NCBI GenBank assembly: GCA_024638705.1
Contig: JAHEJV010000001.1
Coordinates: 9-64,008 of the forward strand
Reading direction: 5' to 3'
From: Deltaproteobacteria bacterium
GTDB taxonomy: Bacteria; Myxococcota_A; UBA9160; SMWR01
DNA: 64,000 nt
The position numbers and the translations under genes are program-made. The first letter of the stretch is position 1. Each line of letters opens with the position of its first letter. The notes under the pieces are model-generated. The model saw only the letters and a list, made by a program, of their open reading frames with translations, made no database searches and was not told the DNA's origin. Shown piece by piece: positions 28,700-37,088 of this stretch.

Positions 28700-29083
28700 A
28701 GGCTGGATCTCCTACCGGGTGACTCTAACCGTGCTCCCTCTCGTCTCTCCGATCGACCGAATGGGTCCGGGACCGGAGCATTGGCGAGCGCACGAGCGCC
28801 GCCCCAATGCACTGCGTTAGCGCAGATTCGCCCTCGCAGCGAGTCGGCGAGGCGTTCGCGACCCGGCCGAGGCCGGCGTCGAGATAGATTTTGCTAATCA
28901 CCTCGAATATTTGAAAGACTCGCTTGCGGGTCGGCGGGGGATCGGAGGGAGGTCGGATCCCGCGCGGGCGTAATGGCGCAGCGCGTCAGCAAACACGTAG
29001 GGGTTTGAACACATGACCGGGTCCGTGGTAGAAGAGTCTCCCGCCGCGGCGAAGTCGCCGGCCACCTCGGGGGTGGGTCATTC

Positions 29084-30451
29084 ATGAAGAGAGTTCTCAC
29101 GCTCGTGTTGGTCGTGGCACTGGCCGCCCTGCCCGTGCTTTCCGGCTGCGCCACGGGGTCGGGCCCGGCGGACGTTCCCGGACCGGTCGCCGACGAACCC
29201 GCGCCGCGCGCCGACGCCGACCCGTCCGCGGGCGTCGAGGAAGCCGAGGCCGACGCGCGCACCGCCGACCGCGAGCCGCGCGACGCCCCGCCCGGCATCG
29301 ACGTCGTCGATCGGGCCCAGAGCGCCGTCGAGGGCATGCTGTTAGGCGCGGTCATCGGCGCGCAGGCCGGCCCGATCGGGGCGGCCGTCGGCGCGGGCAC
29401 CCTGATGCTCTACGCCGCCGCCACCGGACACGTGCCGCTCTCTGGCGGTGCGGCACCCGCGCCCCGCGACCGTCGCGACGACGAGGAGATCCGCGAGGAA
29501 GAGCTCGAGGAAGAGCTCGACCGCGAGCTGGGCCGCGAGCTCGAGCGCAGCGACGCCCTCGAGCGACAGATCGAGGCCGAGCTCGAGCGCCAGGAAGCGC
29601 TCCTCGACCAGATGGCCTCCGAGCGCGAAGCCGGCATGCGCTCCCCCGACGCCCCGGCCGACGACCGCGACCTCGCAAGCCGCGCCGACCCGCGCAGCGC
29701 CCCGGCCGCGCCGAAGGATCGCGCGCTTCCTCTCGCCATCTTCGAGAAGGAGGAGCGCAGCATCGAGGCGGGAGCCTGGGGCGACCACCCCGACCTGCTC
29801 GTGATCGCGCGCAGCCTCGACGCCGACGAGGACGGAAACCCCGAGCAGATCCGCTATTTCGACGCGCAGACCGGCGCCTTCCTGCGCAAGGAGCAGGACC
29901 GCGACTACGACGGCCAGCTCGACGCCTGGAACACCTACGACGAAGGCGAACTCGTCCGGCGCGAGCTCGACGAGGACGGGGACGGCCGACCCGACGCCGT
30001 CGAGAAGTACGCCGCCGGCCTGATGACGTCGCGCGAGGTCGACCGCAACCTCGATGGCACGCGCGACGCCTTCTACACCTACGAGGGCGACTCGCTCACG
30101 CTCCAGCAGCACGACTCGGACGACGACGGCTCGATCGACCTGGTCGTGCGCTTCGAGAACCGCGTCCGCGCCCGCCTCGACGAGGACCGCGACCGCGACG
30201 GCCGCTTCGACCAGTGGACGCAGTACCTCGTCGTCGGCGACGACGAGGTCGTCTCGCGGGTCGAGCGCGACAGCAGCGGCGACGGCAAGCCGGACGTCTT
30301 CGAGACCTACGAGACGGTCGACCGCGAGACCCTGCTCGCGAAGCGCGAAGAGGACAAGAACGGCGACGGCACGATCGACATCACCTCGATCTACCGCGCC
30401 GGCAAGCTCGTGCGCCGCGAGATCAACGACCCGGATCTCGTCCCGCTCTAG
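29084..30451 (+). CDS. Lipoprotein with an acidic coiled-coil region and eight DxDxDG-type (integrin/EF-hand-like) repeats
   Basis: Signal peptide plus lipobox LPVLSGC. Repeats include DRDYDGQLDAW, DEDGDGRPDAV, DRNLDGTRDAF, DSDDDGSIDLV, DRDRDGRFDQW, DSSGDGKPDVF and DKNGDGTIDIT, spaced about 22-24 aa apart. Confidence 0.75.
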   Translation: MKRVLTLVLVVALAALPVLSGCATGSGPADVPGPVADEPAPRADADPSAGVEEAEADARTADREPRDAPPGIDVVDRAQSAVEGMLLGAVIGAQAGPIGAAVGAGTLMLYAAATGHVPLSGGAAPAPRDRRDDEEIREEELEEELDRELGRELERSDALERQIEAELERQEALLDQMASEREAGMRSPDAPADDRDLASRADPRSAPAAPKDRALPLAIFEKEERSIEAGAWGDHPDLLVIARSLDADEDGNPEQIRYFDAQTGAFLRKEQDRDYDGQLDAWNTYDEGELVRRELDEDGDGRPDAVEKYAAGLMTSREVDRNLDGTRDAFYTYEGDSLTLQQHDSDDDGSIDLVVRFENRVRARLDEDRDRDGRFDQWTQYLVVGDDEVVSRVERDSSGDGKPDVFETYETVDRETLLAKREEDKNGDGTIDITSIYRAGKLVRREINDPDLVPL

Positions 30452-30460
30452 AGAGCAAGC

Positions 30461-31765
30461 CTAGGGCGCCTCGGGCGGCGGCTCTTCCAGCTCGAACTCG
30501 ATCTCCTTGCGCTGGCGCTCGCGGAAGCGCTGGATGCGATCGCGCTCGATCAGGAGCATCAGCTCCTTGTTGCGATTGCGGATGCGCTCGAGCTCGAGGG
30601 ACAGCTCGCGTCCGTCGACGCCCGACGTCTCGAAGTCGACGTCCACCTCGACACTCGCACTGATGCCGTCGGAGGTGAGCGCCGTGACGCGCACACGGTT
30701 GTGACCCTCGCGCACCGGCACGAACCCGGAGAAGCTCCCGTCCGGCAGCAGGCTCACGTCGTAGGAGACTTCCTTCGTCGTCAGGTTCGAGAGCACGACG
30801 TCGTCGACGTCCGAGAAGGACGCGCCCTGGAGGAAGGCGACGATGTCGCCGGGGTTCTGCACGGGCAAGAAGGTGCCGCCGGTGATGCGCGAAACCTCGG
30901 TGGCGGCGACGGGGTTCGTGAGCGCCGAGGGCCCGAGCGCATAGGTGTTCACCCGGATGCCGGCGCGTCGGGCGAGGCGCGCGGCGGTGATCGCCGCCTC
31001 GACGTCGCCCGGGTCGGACTCGGAGCCGAGGCCCGCCGGAAAGGTCGGCAGGCCGTCGGTGAGGAAGAGCACGAGCTTCTTGGCGTCGGGGCGTGGCGCG
31101 CTGTATGCGCCACTGAGTCCGGCGAGCTCGGTGATGGCGAGACGCAGACCGGCGGCGAAGTTGGTGCCGCCGTGCGGACCGCGCCGCAGGATGTCGGGCA
31201 GCCGAGCGCGCACGACCGAGAAGTTCTCGGTGAGCGGCACTTCGAGCCAGGCGTCCTGCTGGTCGTAGCGCGCGCGCAGGCCGGTGTCGGGATTCATCTC
31301 CCCGGAGAAGCTGATCACGCCGACGCGGGTGCGGCGGCTGCCGGCGAGCGTCGTCAGCAGTGCCTCGGCGGCGCGAATCTCCGCCGCGAGGATCGTGTCG
31401 TCGGGATCGGTGGAGAGCGTTCCCTCCGGAAACGTGCCCGGCGGCACGAGTTCGAGTCGGGGGTTGACGCCGACGTGACCGTCGCGATCGACGTCGACGC
31501 CGCTCGCGTTCTTCGTCGAGCCCGAAACGTCGATCACGACCATCACGTCGAAGTCGACCGGCCGTTCGCCGAACGCGATCGCAGTCCCGCGGATCGGCGC
31601 CTGGTGCACGTCGTTCTTCACCGTGTCGCCGGGCACGGGCGACTCGACGAGGATCTTGAGCGGCGCGTGGCTCGGCTGGGCCCCAGCGACCGTGCCGATG
31701 GCGAAGAGCGCGCCGAGCCCGACGGCGCAGGCGAGCGCGCGACACGAACTAACGCGCAGCGGCAT
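30461..31765 (-). CDS. Secreted von Willebrand factor A (VWA) domain protein
   Basis: Signal peptide, MIDAS motif DVSGST, TDG motif FLTDGLP, and a C-terminal charged coiled tail. Start is ATG 31765 or GTG 31768. Confidence 0.85.
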   Translation of the reverse strand: MPLRVSSCRALACAVGLGALFAIGTVAGAQPSHAPLKILVESPVPGDTVKNDVHQAPIRGTAIAFGERPVDFDVMVVIDVSGSTKNASGVDVDRDGHVGVNPRLELVPPGTFPEGTLSTDPDDTILAAEIRAAEALLTTLAGSRRTRVGVISFSGEMNPDTGLRARYDQQDAWLEVPLTENFSVVRARLPDILRRGPHGGTNFAAGLRLAITELAGLSGAYSAPRPDAKKLVLFLTDGLPTFPAGLGSESDPGDVEAAITAARLARRAGIRVNTYALGPSALTNPVAATEVSRITGGTFLPVQNPGDIVAFLQGASFSDVDDVVLSNLTTKEVSYDVSLLPDGSFSGFVPVREGHNRVRVTALTSDGISASVEVDVDFETSGVDGRELSLELERIRNRNKELMLLIERDRIQRFRERQRKEIEFELEEPPPEAP

Positions 31766-32918
31766 CACTCGCGGGCTCTTCGGCGCCGGGCTCCGCGGTC
31801 GGCGGTGCTTCGGCTTCGGGGGCGGGTTCGTCCGGTGCGACGGATCCGTCGGCCGGCTCCCCGGCTGAGGGTTCCGGCGTCGCCGGCTCCGGCGCCGGCG
31901 GCTCCTCCTCGGGATCCGCCGTCGGGGTGCGCGCGAAGCGATCGATCTTCGCGAGGCGTCGGCCGATCGTCTCCAGCGCTTCGATCGCGACGACGCCGAC
32001 CGACTCGAGACTCCCCTTCGCGCAGTGCTCGATCGCGTCGCCCTCGCCGGCGTAGCGGCCCGGCGGCTCGTCGCCTCCGAAGGCGGTGTCCTCGATCGCC
32101 ACGACGCGTCGCACGCCGAGCTCTTCGAAGGCGGAGTGACTCGCCTCGAAGCTCTCGTAGTGGGCGTCGGGCGGGAACACCGAAGATCGCCCGAGCCGAC
32201 GCGCGGAGCGCCAGAACTCCTCGCGGTGGGCGCGATGGGAGCCGAGGTCGCGCGCGATGCGGAGCTCGGCGTCGCACACCCGGTTGAAGGTCACGAGCAG
32301 CCGGATGTTCTCGAGCCGGCCTGCTTCCTTCCATTCGTTCGCGAGCGAAGTGCTGCCGAGCCAGCGGATGTCGTTGTCGGGGCCGAGCGCGCGCCCCAGC
32401 CGGCCTTCGCCGGCGAGCCAGACGAGTTCGATCGTGTAGGGAAGCTCGCGTCCGGCGAGCACCCGCGCGATCTCGACGAGCAGCGCGGCGCCCGAGGCAC
32501 CGTCGTTCACGCCGCGGAAGGCGAAGCCGTCGTACGACCCGCTGTCGTAGGGCGCCACGAGGACGAGGCGATCGCCGGAGCGACCGGGGAGCGTGGCGAC
32601 GAGGTGTTCGAGCACGACTTTCGTGTCGCGCCCCTCGTTTTCCAGCTCGGTGGTGACGTCGCGGACCTCGATGCCCCAGCCCTCGAGGCGATCGCGCAGA
32701 TGGCGGCGCGCACCGACGGCGGCGTCCGATCCGGGTGGCCGCGGTCCGAGCGCCGCGAGGAATTCGAGGTCGCCCCAAGCGAGATCCTTCGAGAAGACGT
32801 CGCCCGGCTCGACGATCTCGGCCGGCGGCGGCTCGGGCGCGACGGGCGGAGACCCGCCGCAAGCGAGGACGAGAAGAACGGGCGAGAGGCGTCGAAACGT
32901 CCGGAAAGCGTGGATCAC
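31749..32918 (-). CDS. M28-family peptidase-like lipoprotein with a Pro/Glu/Ala-rich C-terminal tail
   Basis: Lipobox LVLACGG. The APYDS...GVNDGASGAALLVEIAR motif is typical of M28 / glutaminyl-cyclase-like folds. Its 3' end overlaps the VWA gene start. Confidence 0.7.
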   Translation of the reverse strand: MIHAFRTFRRLSPVLLVLACGGSPPVAPEPPPAEIVEPGDVFSKDLAWGDLEFLAALGPRPPGSDAAVGARRHLRDRLEGWGIEVRDVTTELENEGRDTKVVLEHLVATLPGRSGDRLVLVAPYDSGSYDGFAFRGVNDGASGAALLVEIARVLAGRELPYTIELVWLAGEGRLGRALGPDNDIRWLGSTSLANEWKEAGRLENIRLLVTFNRVCDAELRIARDLGSHRAHREEFWRSARRLGRSSVFPPDAHYESFEASHSAFEELGVRRVVAIEDTAFGGDEPPGRYAGEGDAIEHCAKGSLESVGVVAIEALETIGRRLAKIDRFARTPTADPEEEPPAPEPATPEPSAGEPADGSVAPDEPAPEAEAPPTAEPGAEEPASDAAAR

Positions 32919-33098
32919 GAGCGGCGGAATCCTTCGGGGGCGGGTCGAGACTCTAACGCTTCCGAGGCCTTGTGGATGTTACGTCAGACGCCGAGACGAC
33001 GGTTCCAGGATTCCCCGAATCTTCCGTGACACGTGGAGCGGCTCATGGCCACTTCCTCTCTGTGGGCCCCTCCTCGGTGTTGGGGCTTCTCAAGAGTA

Positions 33099-33131
33099 GA
33101 AGGCAGGATCCCGCCCCGGGATCCTGCCTTC
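33099..33131. other. Strong 14-bp hairpin in a divergent intergenic region
   Basis: GAAGGCAGGATCCC-gcccc-GGGATCCTGCCTTC. It lies between the M28 gene start (32918) and the comM start (33231). Confidence 0.85.
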
Positions 33132-33230
33132 GTCTCTAGGAGTTCCGGGCTCCCAGGTCGAAGCCCGGGGCCCGCAATCCGGCTTCCCGGCGTCCACCCC
33201 CGCCGCCCTCCGGTCCCGACGAGCTCGAAG

Positions 33231-34742
33231 ATGTCGCGTGTCCGGACGGCCGCGCTCTCCGGCGTCGACGGTGTGCCCGTCGAGGTCGAGGTGCGGATCA
33301 GCTCCCAGCTGCCGCGTGTGGAGATCGTGGGCCTGCCCGAGGCCGCTGTACGCGAGAGCGCAGCGCGCGTGCGTGCGGCGTTGGCCGCGGCGGGCGAGAA
33401 GTTTCCCGATCGACGCGTCACGATCCATCTCGCGCCGGCCGAGCTGCGCAAGAGTGGAGCGGCCCTCGATCTGCCGATCGCCGTCGCGCTGCTCGCCGCC
33501 GAGGGCCAGCTCGAAGCTGCCGTGATCGAGGGGGTGGCGCTCGCGGGGGAGCTCGCGCTCGACGGTCGCGTGCGGCCGGTCCGCGGCGCGTTGGCGCTGG
33601 CGCTCGCCGTGCGCGACGCCGGCTGTCACACGCTGATCGCTCCCGATGCGAGCGCGGCCGAGGCCGCACTGGCCCAGGGGCTCGAGGTGCGCGCGGCGAG
33701 CGACCTCGCCAGCGCGCTCGAACACCTGCGAGGAGGAGAGCCGTTGCCGGTTGCGGTCGAGGCGCCGCCGGCTCCCGCGCCGAGCGACGCGCCCGACCTC
33801 GCGGACGTGCGCGGTCAGGAGCTCGCGAAACGCGGGCTCGAGGTGGCGGCGGCGGGTGGGCACGGTGCGCTGCTTGTCGGCGCACCCGGCGCGGGAAAGA
33901 CGATGCTCGCCCGGCGCATGCCCGGCTTCCTGCCCCCGCTGTCCTGGGACGAGGCCCTCGACGTGACGCGCATCCACGGCGCCGTCGCGCCGCTCGGCGC
34001 GGCGATCGTCTCCCAGCGTCCTTTCCGCGCGCCGCATCACACCGCGAGCGCGGCGGGCCTGGTCGGGGGCGGGCGACCGCCGCGCCCCGGCGAGGTGTCA
34101 CTCGCCCACCGCGGCGTGCTCTTCCTCGACGAGCTCCCCGAGTTCGAGCGGCGCGCCCTCGAGTCGCTGCGTCAGGTGCTCGAAGACCGGCGCGTGGTGC
34201 TGGTGCGCGCCGGCGGCCACGTCAGCTTCCCGGCCGACTTCCAGCTCGTCGCGGCGATGAACCCCTGCCCGTGCGGCTGGCTGGGGAGTGGTCTGCGCGA
34301 CTGCCGCTGCGACGACGGTCAGGTGGCGCGCTACCGCGCGCGCATCTCGGGCCCGCTGCTCGATCGCATCGATCTGCACCTGCGCGTCCAGCCGCTCGCC
34401 TGGGCCGAGCTCGACGCCCCGCCGGCGTCGCAGACCGGGAGCCGGGCCGTGCGCGAGCGGGTCGTGGCCGCGCGCGAGCGGCAGGCCGTCCGCGGCGTCG
34501 CCTCCAACGCGCGACTCCCGGACCACTCCCTCGACGCGCAGGTCGACGCCACGCCCGAGGCCCGCGCACTCCTCGGGCGGGCCGTCGACGGCTTCGGTCT
34601 CTCGGCCCGGGCGGCGCGGCGCGTGCTGCGGGTGGCGCGCACGATCGCCGATCTCGCCGACGAGGAGCGCACCGGACCGGAGGCGATCGCCGAAGCCCTC
34701 GCCTACCGCCAGGACGCCGGCCCCGCCGCGAGCGCCCGGTGA
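33231..34742 (+). CDS. comM: Mg-chelatase-like AAA+ protein YifB/ComM
   Basis: N-terminal Lon-protease-like domain (VEVEVRIS...LPRVEIVGLPEAAVRES). Walker A is GAPGAGKTMLA and Walker B is VLFLDELPEF. Zn-binding CPCGW...CRC. Confidence 0.92.
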   Translation: MSRVRTAALSGVDGVPVEVEVRISSQLPRVEIVGLPEAAVRESAARVRAALAAAGEKFPDRRVTIHLAPAELRKSGAALDLPIAVALLAAEGQLEAAVIEGVALAGELALDGRVRPVRGALALALAVRDAGCHTLIAPDASAAEAALAQGLEVRAASDLASALEHLRGGEPLPVAVEAPPAPAPSDAPDLADVRGQELAKRGLEVAAAGGHGALLVGAPGAGKTMLARRMPGFLPPLSWDEALDVTRIHGAVAPLGAAIVSQRPFRAPHHTASAAGLVGGGRPPRPGEVSLAHRGVLFLDELPEFERRALESLRQVLEDRRVVLVRAGGHVSFPADFQLVAAMNPCPCGWLGSGLRDCRCDDGQVARYRARISGPLLDRIDLHLRVQPLAWAELDAPPASQTGSRAVRERVVAARERQAVRGVASNARLPDHSLDAQVDATPEARALLGRAVDGFGLSARAARRVLRVARTIADLADEERTGPEAIAEALAYRQDAGPAASAR

Positions 34743-34930
34743 AGCCCGATCTCCGCCCGGCACCCCGCGCGCAACGTCCGAAAATTGACAGTCGGGGGAC
34801 GCAAGTCGTCACCCCGACGTGCATCCGCAGCGCAGCCGCCGCGCGCGTCCCGCGCGGCGGCCTCCACAACCCATTGGAATTCCTGGGATTGCCTCGTTTC
34901 TCGCGCGAAGGCCCGGCATCGACTAAGAGA

Positions 34931-34946
34931 TGGCACGGTTGATGCT
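34931..34946 (+). promoter_or_regulatory. Sigma-54 (-24/-12) promoter candidate upstream of the small ORF and Topo VI genes
   Basis: TGGCACG-gttg-ATGCT with GG/GC spacing of 12 nt. The RBS-like GGAAGGAAGG and the ATG at 34973 follow within 27 nt. Confidence 0.5.
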
Positions 34947-34972
34947 TCTCACCGGGGTATGGAAGGAAGGTC

Positions 34973-35176
34973 ATGAGCGCTGCAGCGACGACGATCGCCC
35001 GATCCGGGGCGGCTACGAAGCCCCGGGCCACGACGCTGCTCGCCCTCGTCCGCGCCATCGGCGAGGTGACCGACGACGAGAGCGAAGTGGTCGCGACGGT
35101 CCTCCACATGCTGCGCAGCGGGGAAGTCCGCCTCTGCGGCAACTTCCGCGGCCACGACCCCGAAGACCTCGCGTAG
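34973..35176 (+). CDS. Small hypothetical protein (67 aa) preceding Topo VI
   Basis: ATG preceded by GGAAGGAAGG. Third codon positions are strongly G/C, like genuine genes here. No recognisable domain. Confidence 0.45.
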   Translation: MSAAATTIARSGAATKPRATTLLALVRAIGEVTDDESEVVATVLHMLRSGEVRLCGNFRGHDPEDLA

Positions 35177-35310
35177 CGGCCGCCCGACGCGATCCGTCCA
35201 CCCGCCGGGCGAGCCCCGGGCGATCTCCTCCCGCTGAGCGCTTGACCGCCCCGCGACGGGGAAGGAACATCCCACCCGACGGCGCAGCCCGGAGCGCCGC
35301 ACGGGGGTGA

Positions 35311-37077
35311 ATGTCGATGGCCGAAGGGGACAGGTCCGTCCCGCGGGTGGCGTCTGCCCGCGATGCGTCGGACGATGCGACGCAGGGGAGCAAGGTGACG
35401 ACCGGCGGCAGGAAAACCGGCAGCAAGAAGCGCGCGCGCAAGCCCGCGTCGAGCCAGAAGCGGGCGAAGAAGAAGACCGCGAAGAAGGCTTCGGCGAAGA
35501 AGGTGCCCGAGAACCGCAGCCGCTCTGCGGCCGAGCTCGGCGCCCAGGCGCGCGACATCTCGGTCTCCGAGTTCTTCGCGAAGAACCGTCACCTGCTCGG
35601 CTTCGACAATCCGTCGAAGGCGCTGCTCACGACGGTGAAGGAAGGCGTCGACAATTCGCTCGACGCCTGCGAGGAGGCCGGGATCCTCCCGGACATCCGC
35701 GTCGAGATCAAACAGGTTTCCGAGACGCGCTTCCGCATCGCGATCCAGGACAACGGCCCCGGTATCGTGCGCAAGCAGGTGCCGAAGATCTTCGGCTCGC
35801 TGCTCTACGGATCGAAGTTCCACCGCTTGAAGCAGAGCCGCGGCCAGCAGGGCATCGGCATCAGCGCCGCCGGCATGTACGGCCTGCTCACGACGGGCAA
35901 GCCGATCGAGATCACGACGCGCACCGGCAAGGGCAAGGAAGCGCACTACTTCGAGCTCGTGATCGACACGAAGAAGAACGAGCCGAAGGTGAAGAAGGAC
36001 GAGGTCGTCGAGTGGGACATCGACCACGGAACGCGCGTGGAAATCGAGCTCGAGGGCGCCTATCGCGGCGGCCAGCACTCGGTGGACGCCTACATCCGCC
36101 AGATCTCGCTCGCGAACCCGCACGCCGAGATCACCTTCGTGCCGCCGAAGGCCGAGGAGCACGGCGCCAGCCACACCTTCCCGCGCGTCACGAAGGACCT
36201 CCCGCCGGAGACGGCGGAGATCCAGCCGCATCCCTACGGCGTCGAGCTCGGCGTGTTGATGCAGATGTTCCGCGACACGAAGGCGCGCAACGTTCGGTCG
36301 TGTCTGTCGTCGGACTTCTCGCGCGTGTCGTCGAAGACGGCGCTCGACATCTGCCAGAAAGCGGGCGTGAAGGAGAACCGGCGTCCGTCGGAGATCACCC
36401 GCGAAGAGGCCGAGAAGATCCACGACGCGATCCAGAAGACGAAGATCATGTCGCCGCCCACCGATTGCATCGCGCCGATCGGCGAGGAGCTGATCGAGGC
36501 CGCCCTGAAAGCGGAGGTGGACGCCGAGTTCTACGCGTCGGTGACGCGCAAGGCGACGGTCTACCGCGGCAACCCCTTCCTCATCGAGGTGGCGCTCGCC
36601 TACGGCGGCGAGCTGTCCGCCGAGGATTCGGTGACGGTCTTCCGCTATGCGAACCGGGTCCCGCTGCAATACCAGCAGGGCGCCTGCGCGATCACGAAGG
36701 GCGTGACCGGGACGGACTGGAAGTCCTACCAGCTCCAGCAGCCGCGCGGCGCGCTGCCCGTCGGGCCCATGCTCCTGATGGTGCACATCGCGAGCGTCTG
36801 GGTGCCGTTCACGAGCGAGAGCAAGGAAGCGATCGCGCACTATCCGGAAATCATCAAGGAGATGCGCCTCGCCTTGCAGGAGTGCGGACGCCGCGTCGCC
36901 ACCTTCATCCGCAAGCGCAAGCGCGAAGCCGACGAGGCGAAGAAGCGCGCCTACATCGAGAAGTACATCCCACAGGTGTCGATCGGGCTCCAGAGGATCC
37001 TGGAGCTCTCGGACAAGCAGCGCGACCAGGTCACGTCGAATCTCACCGACGTCCTCGAGCGCAGCCGAAAGATGTAA
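35311..37077 (+). CDS. top6B: DNA topoisomerase VI subunit B (GHKL ATPase plus transducer) with a Lys-rich N-terminal tail
   Basis: Bergerat-fold motifs EGVDNSLDACEE (N box), IQDNGPGI (G1) and SRGQQGIGISAAGMY (G2). H2TH-like and transducer regions follow (YANRVPLQYQQGACA). About 70 aa of K/R/A-rich N-terminus. Confidence 0.92.
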   Translation: MSMAEGDRSVPRVASARDASDDATQGSKVTTGGRKTGSKKRARKPASSQKRAKKKTAKKASAKKVPENRSRSAAELGAQARDISVSEFFAKNRHLLGFDNPSKALLTTVKEGVDNSLDACEEAGILPDIRVEIKQVSETRFRIAIQDNGPGIVRKQVPKIFGSLLYGSKFHRLKQSRGQQGIGISAAGMYGLLTTGKPIEITTRTGKGKEAHYFELVIDTKKNEPKVKKDEVVEWDIDHGTRVEIELEGAYRGGQHSVDAYIRQISLANPHAEITFVPPKAEEHGASHTFPRVTKDLPPETAEIQPHPYGVELGVLMQMFRDTKARNVRSCLSSDFSRVSSKTALDICQKAGVKENRRPSEITREEAEKIHDAIQKTKIMSPPTDCIAPIGEELIEAALKAEVDAEFYASVTRKATVYRGNPFLIEVALAYGGELSAEDSVTVFRYANRVPLQYQQGACAITKGVTGTDWKSYQLQQPRGALPVGPMLLMVHIASVWVPFTSESKEAIAHYPEIIKEMRLALQECGRRVATFIRKRKREADEAKKRAYIEKYIPQVSIGLQRILELSDKQRDQVTSNLTDVLERSRKM

Positions 37078-37088
37078 CGAGAGGAACC

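Noticed and set aside
28860-29040. AT-rich patch and TTGAAC-N18-TAGAAG upstream of the repeat lipoprotein, considered as a defined promoter or riboswitch.
   Set aside because: The hexamer matches are weak, and I could recognise no conserved structured-RNA features. There is not enough evidence to call it.
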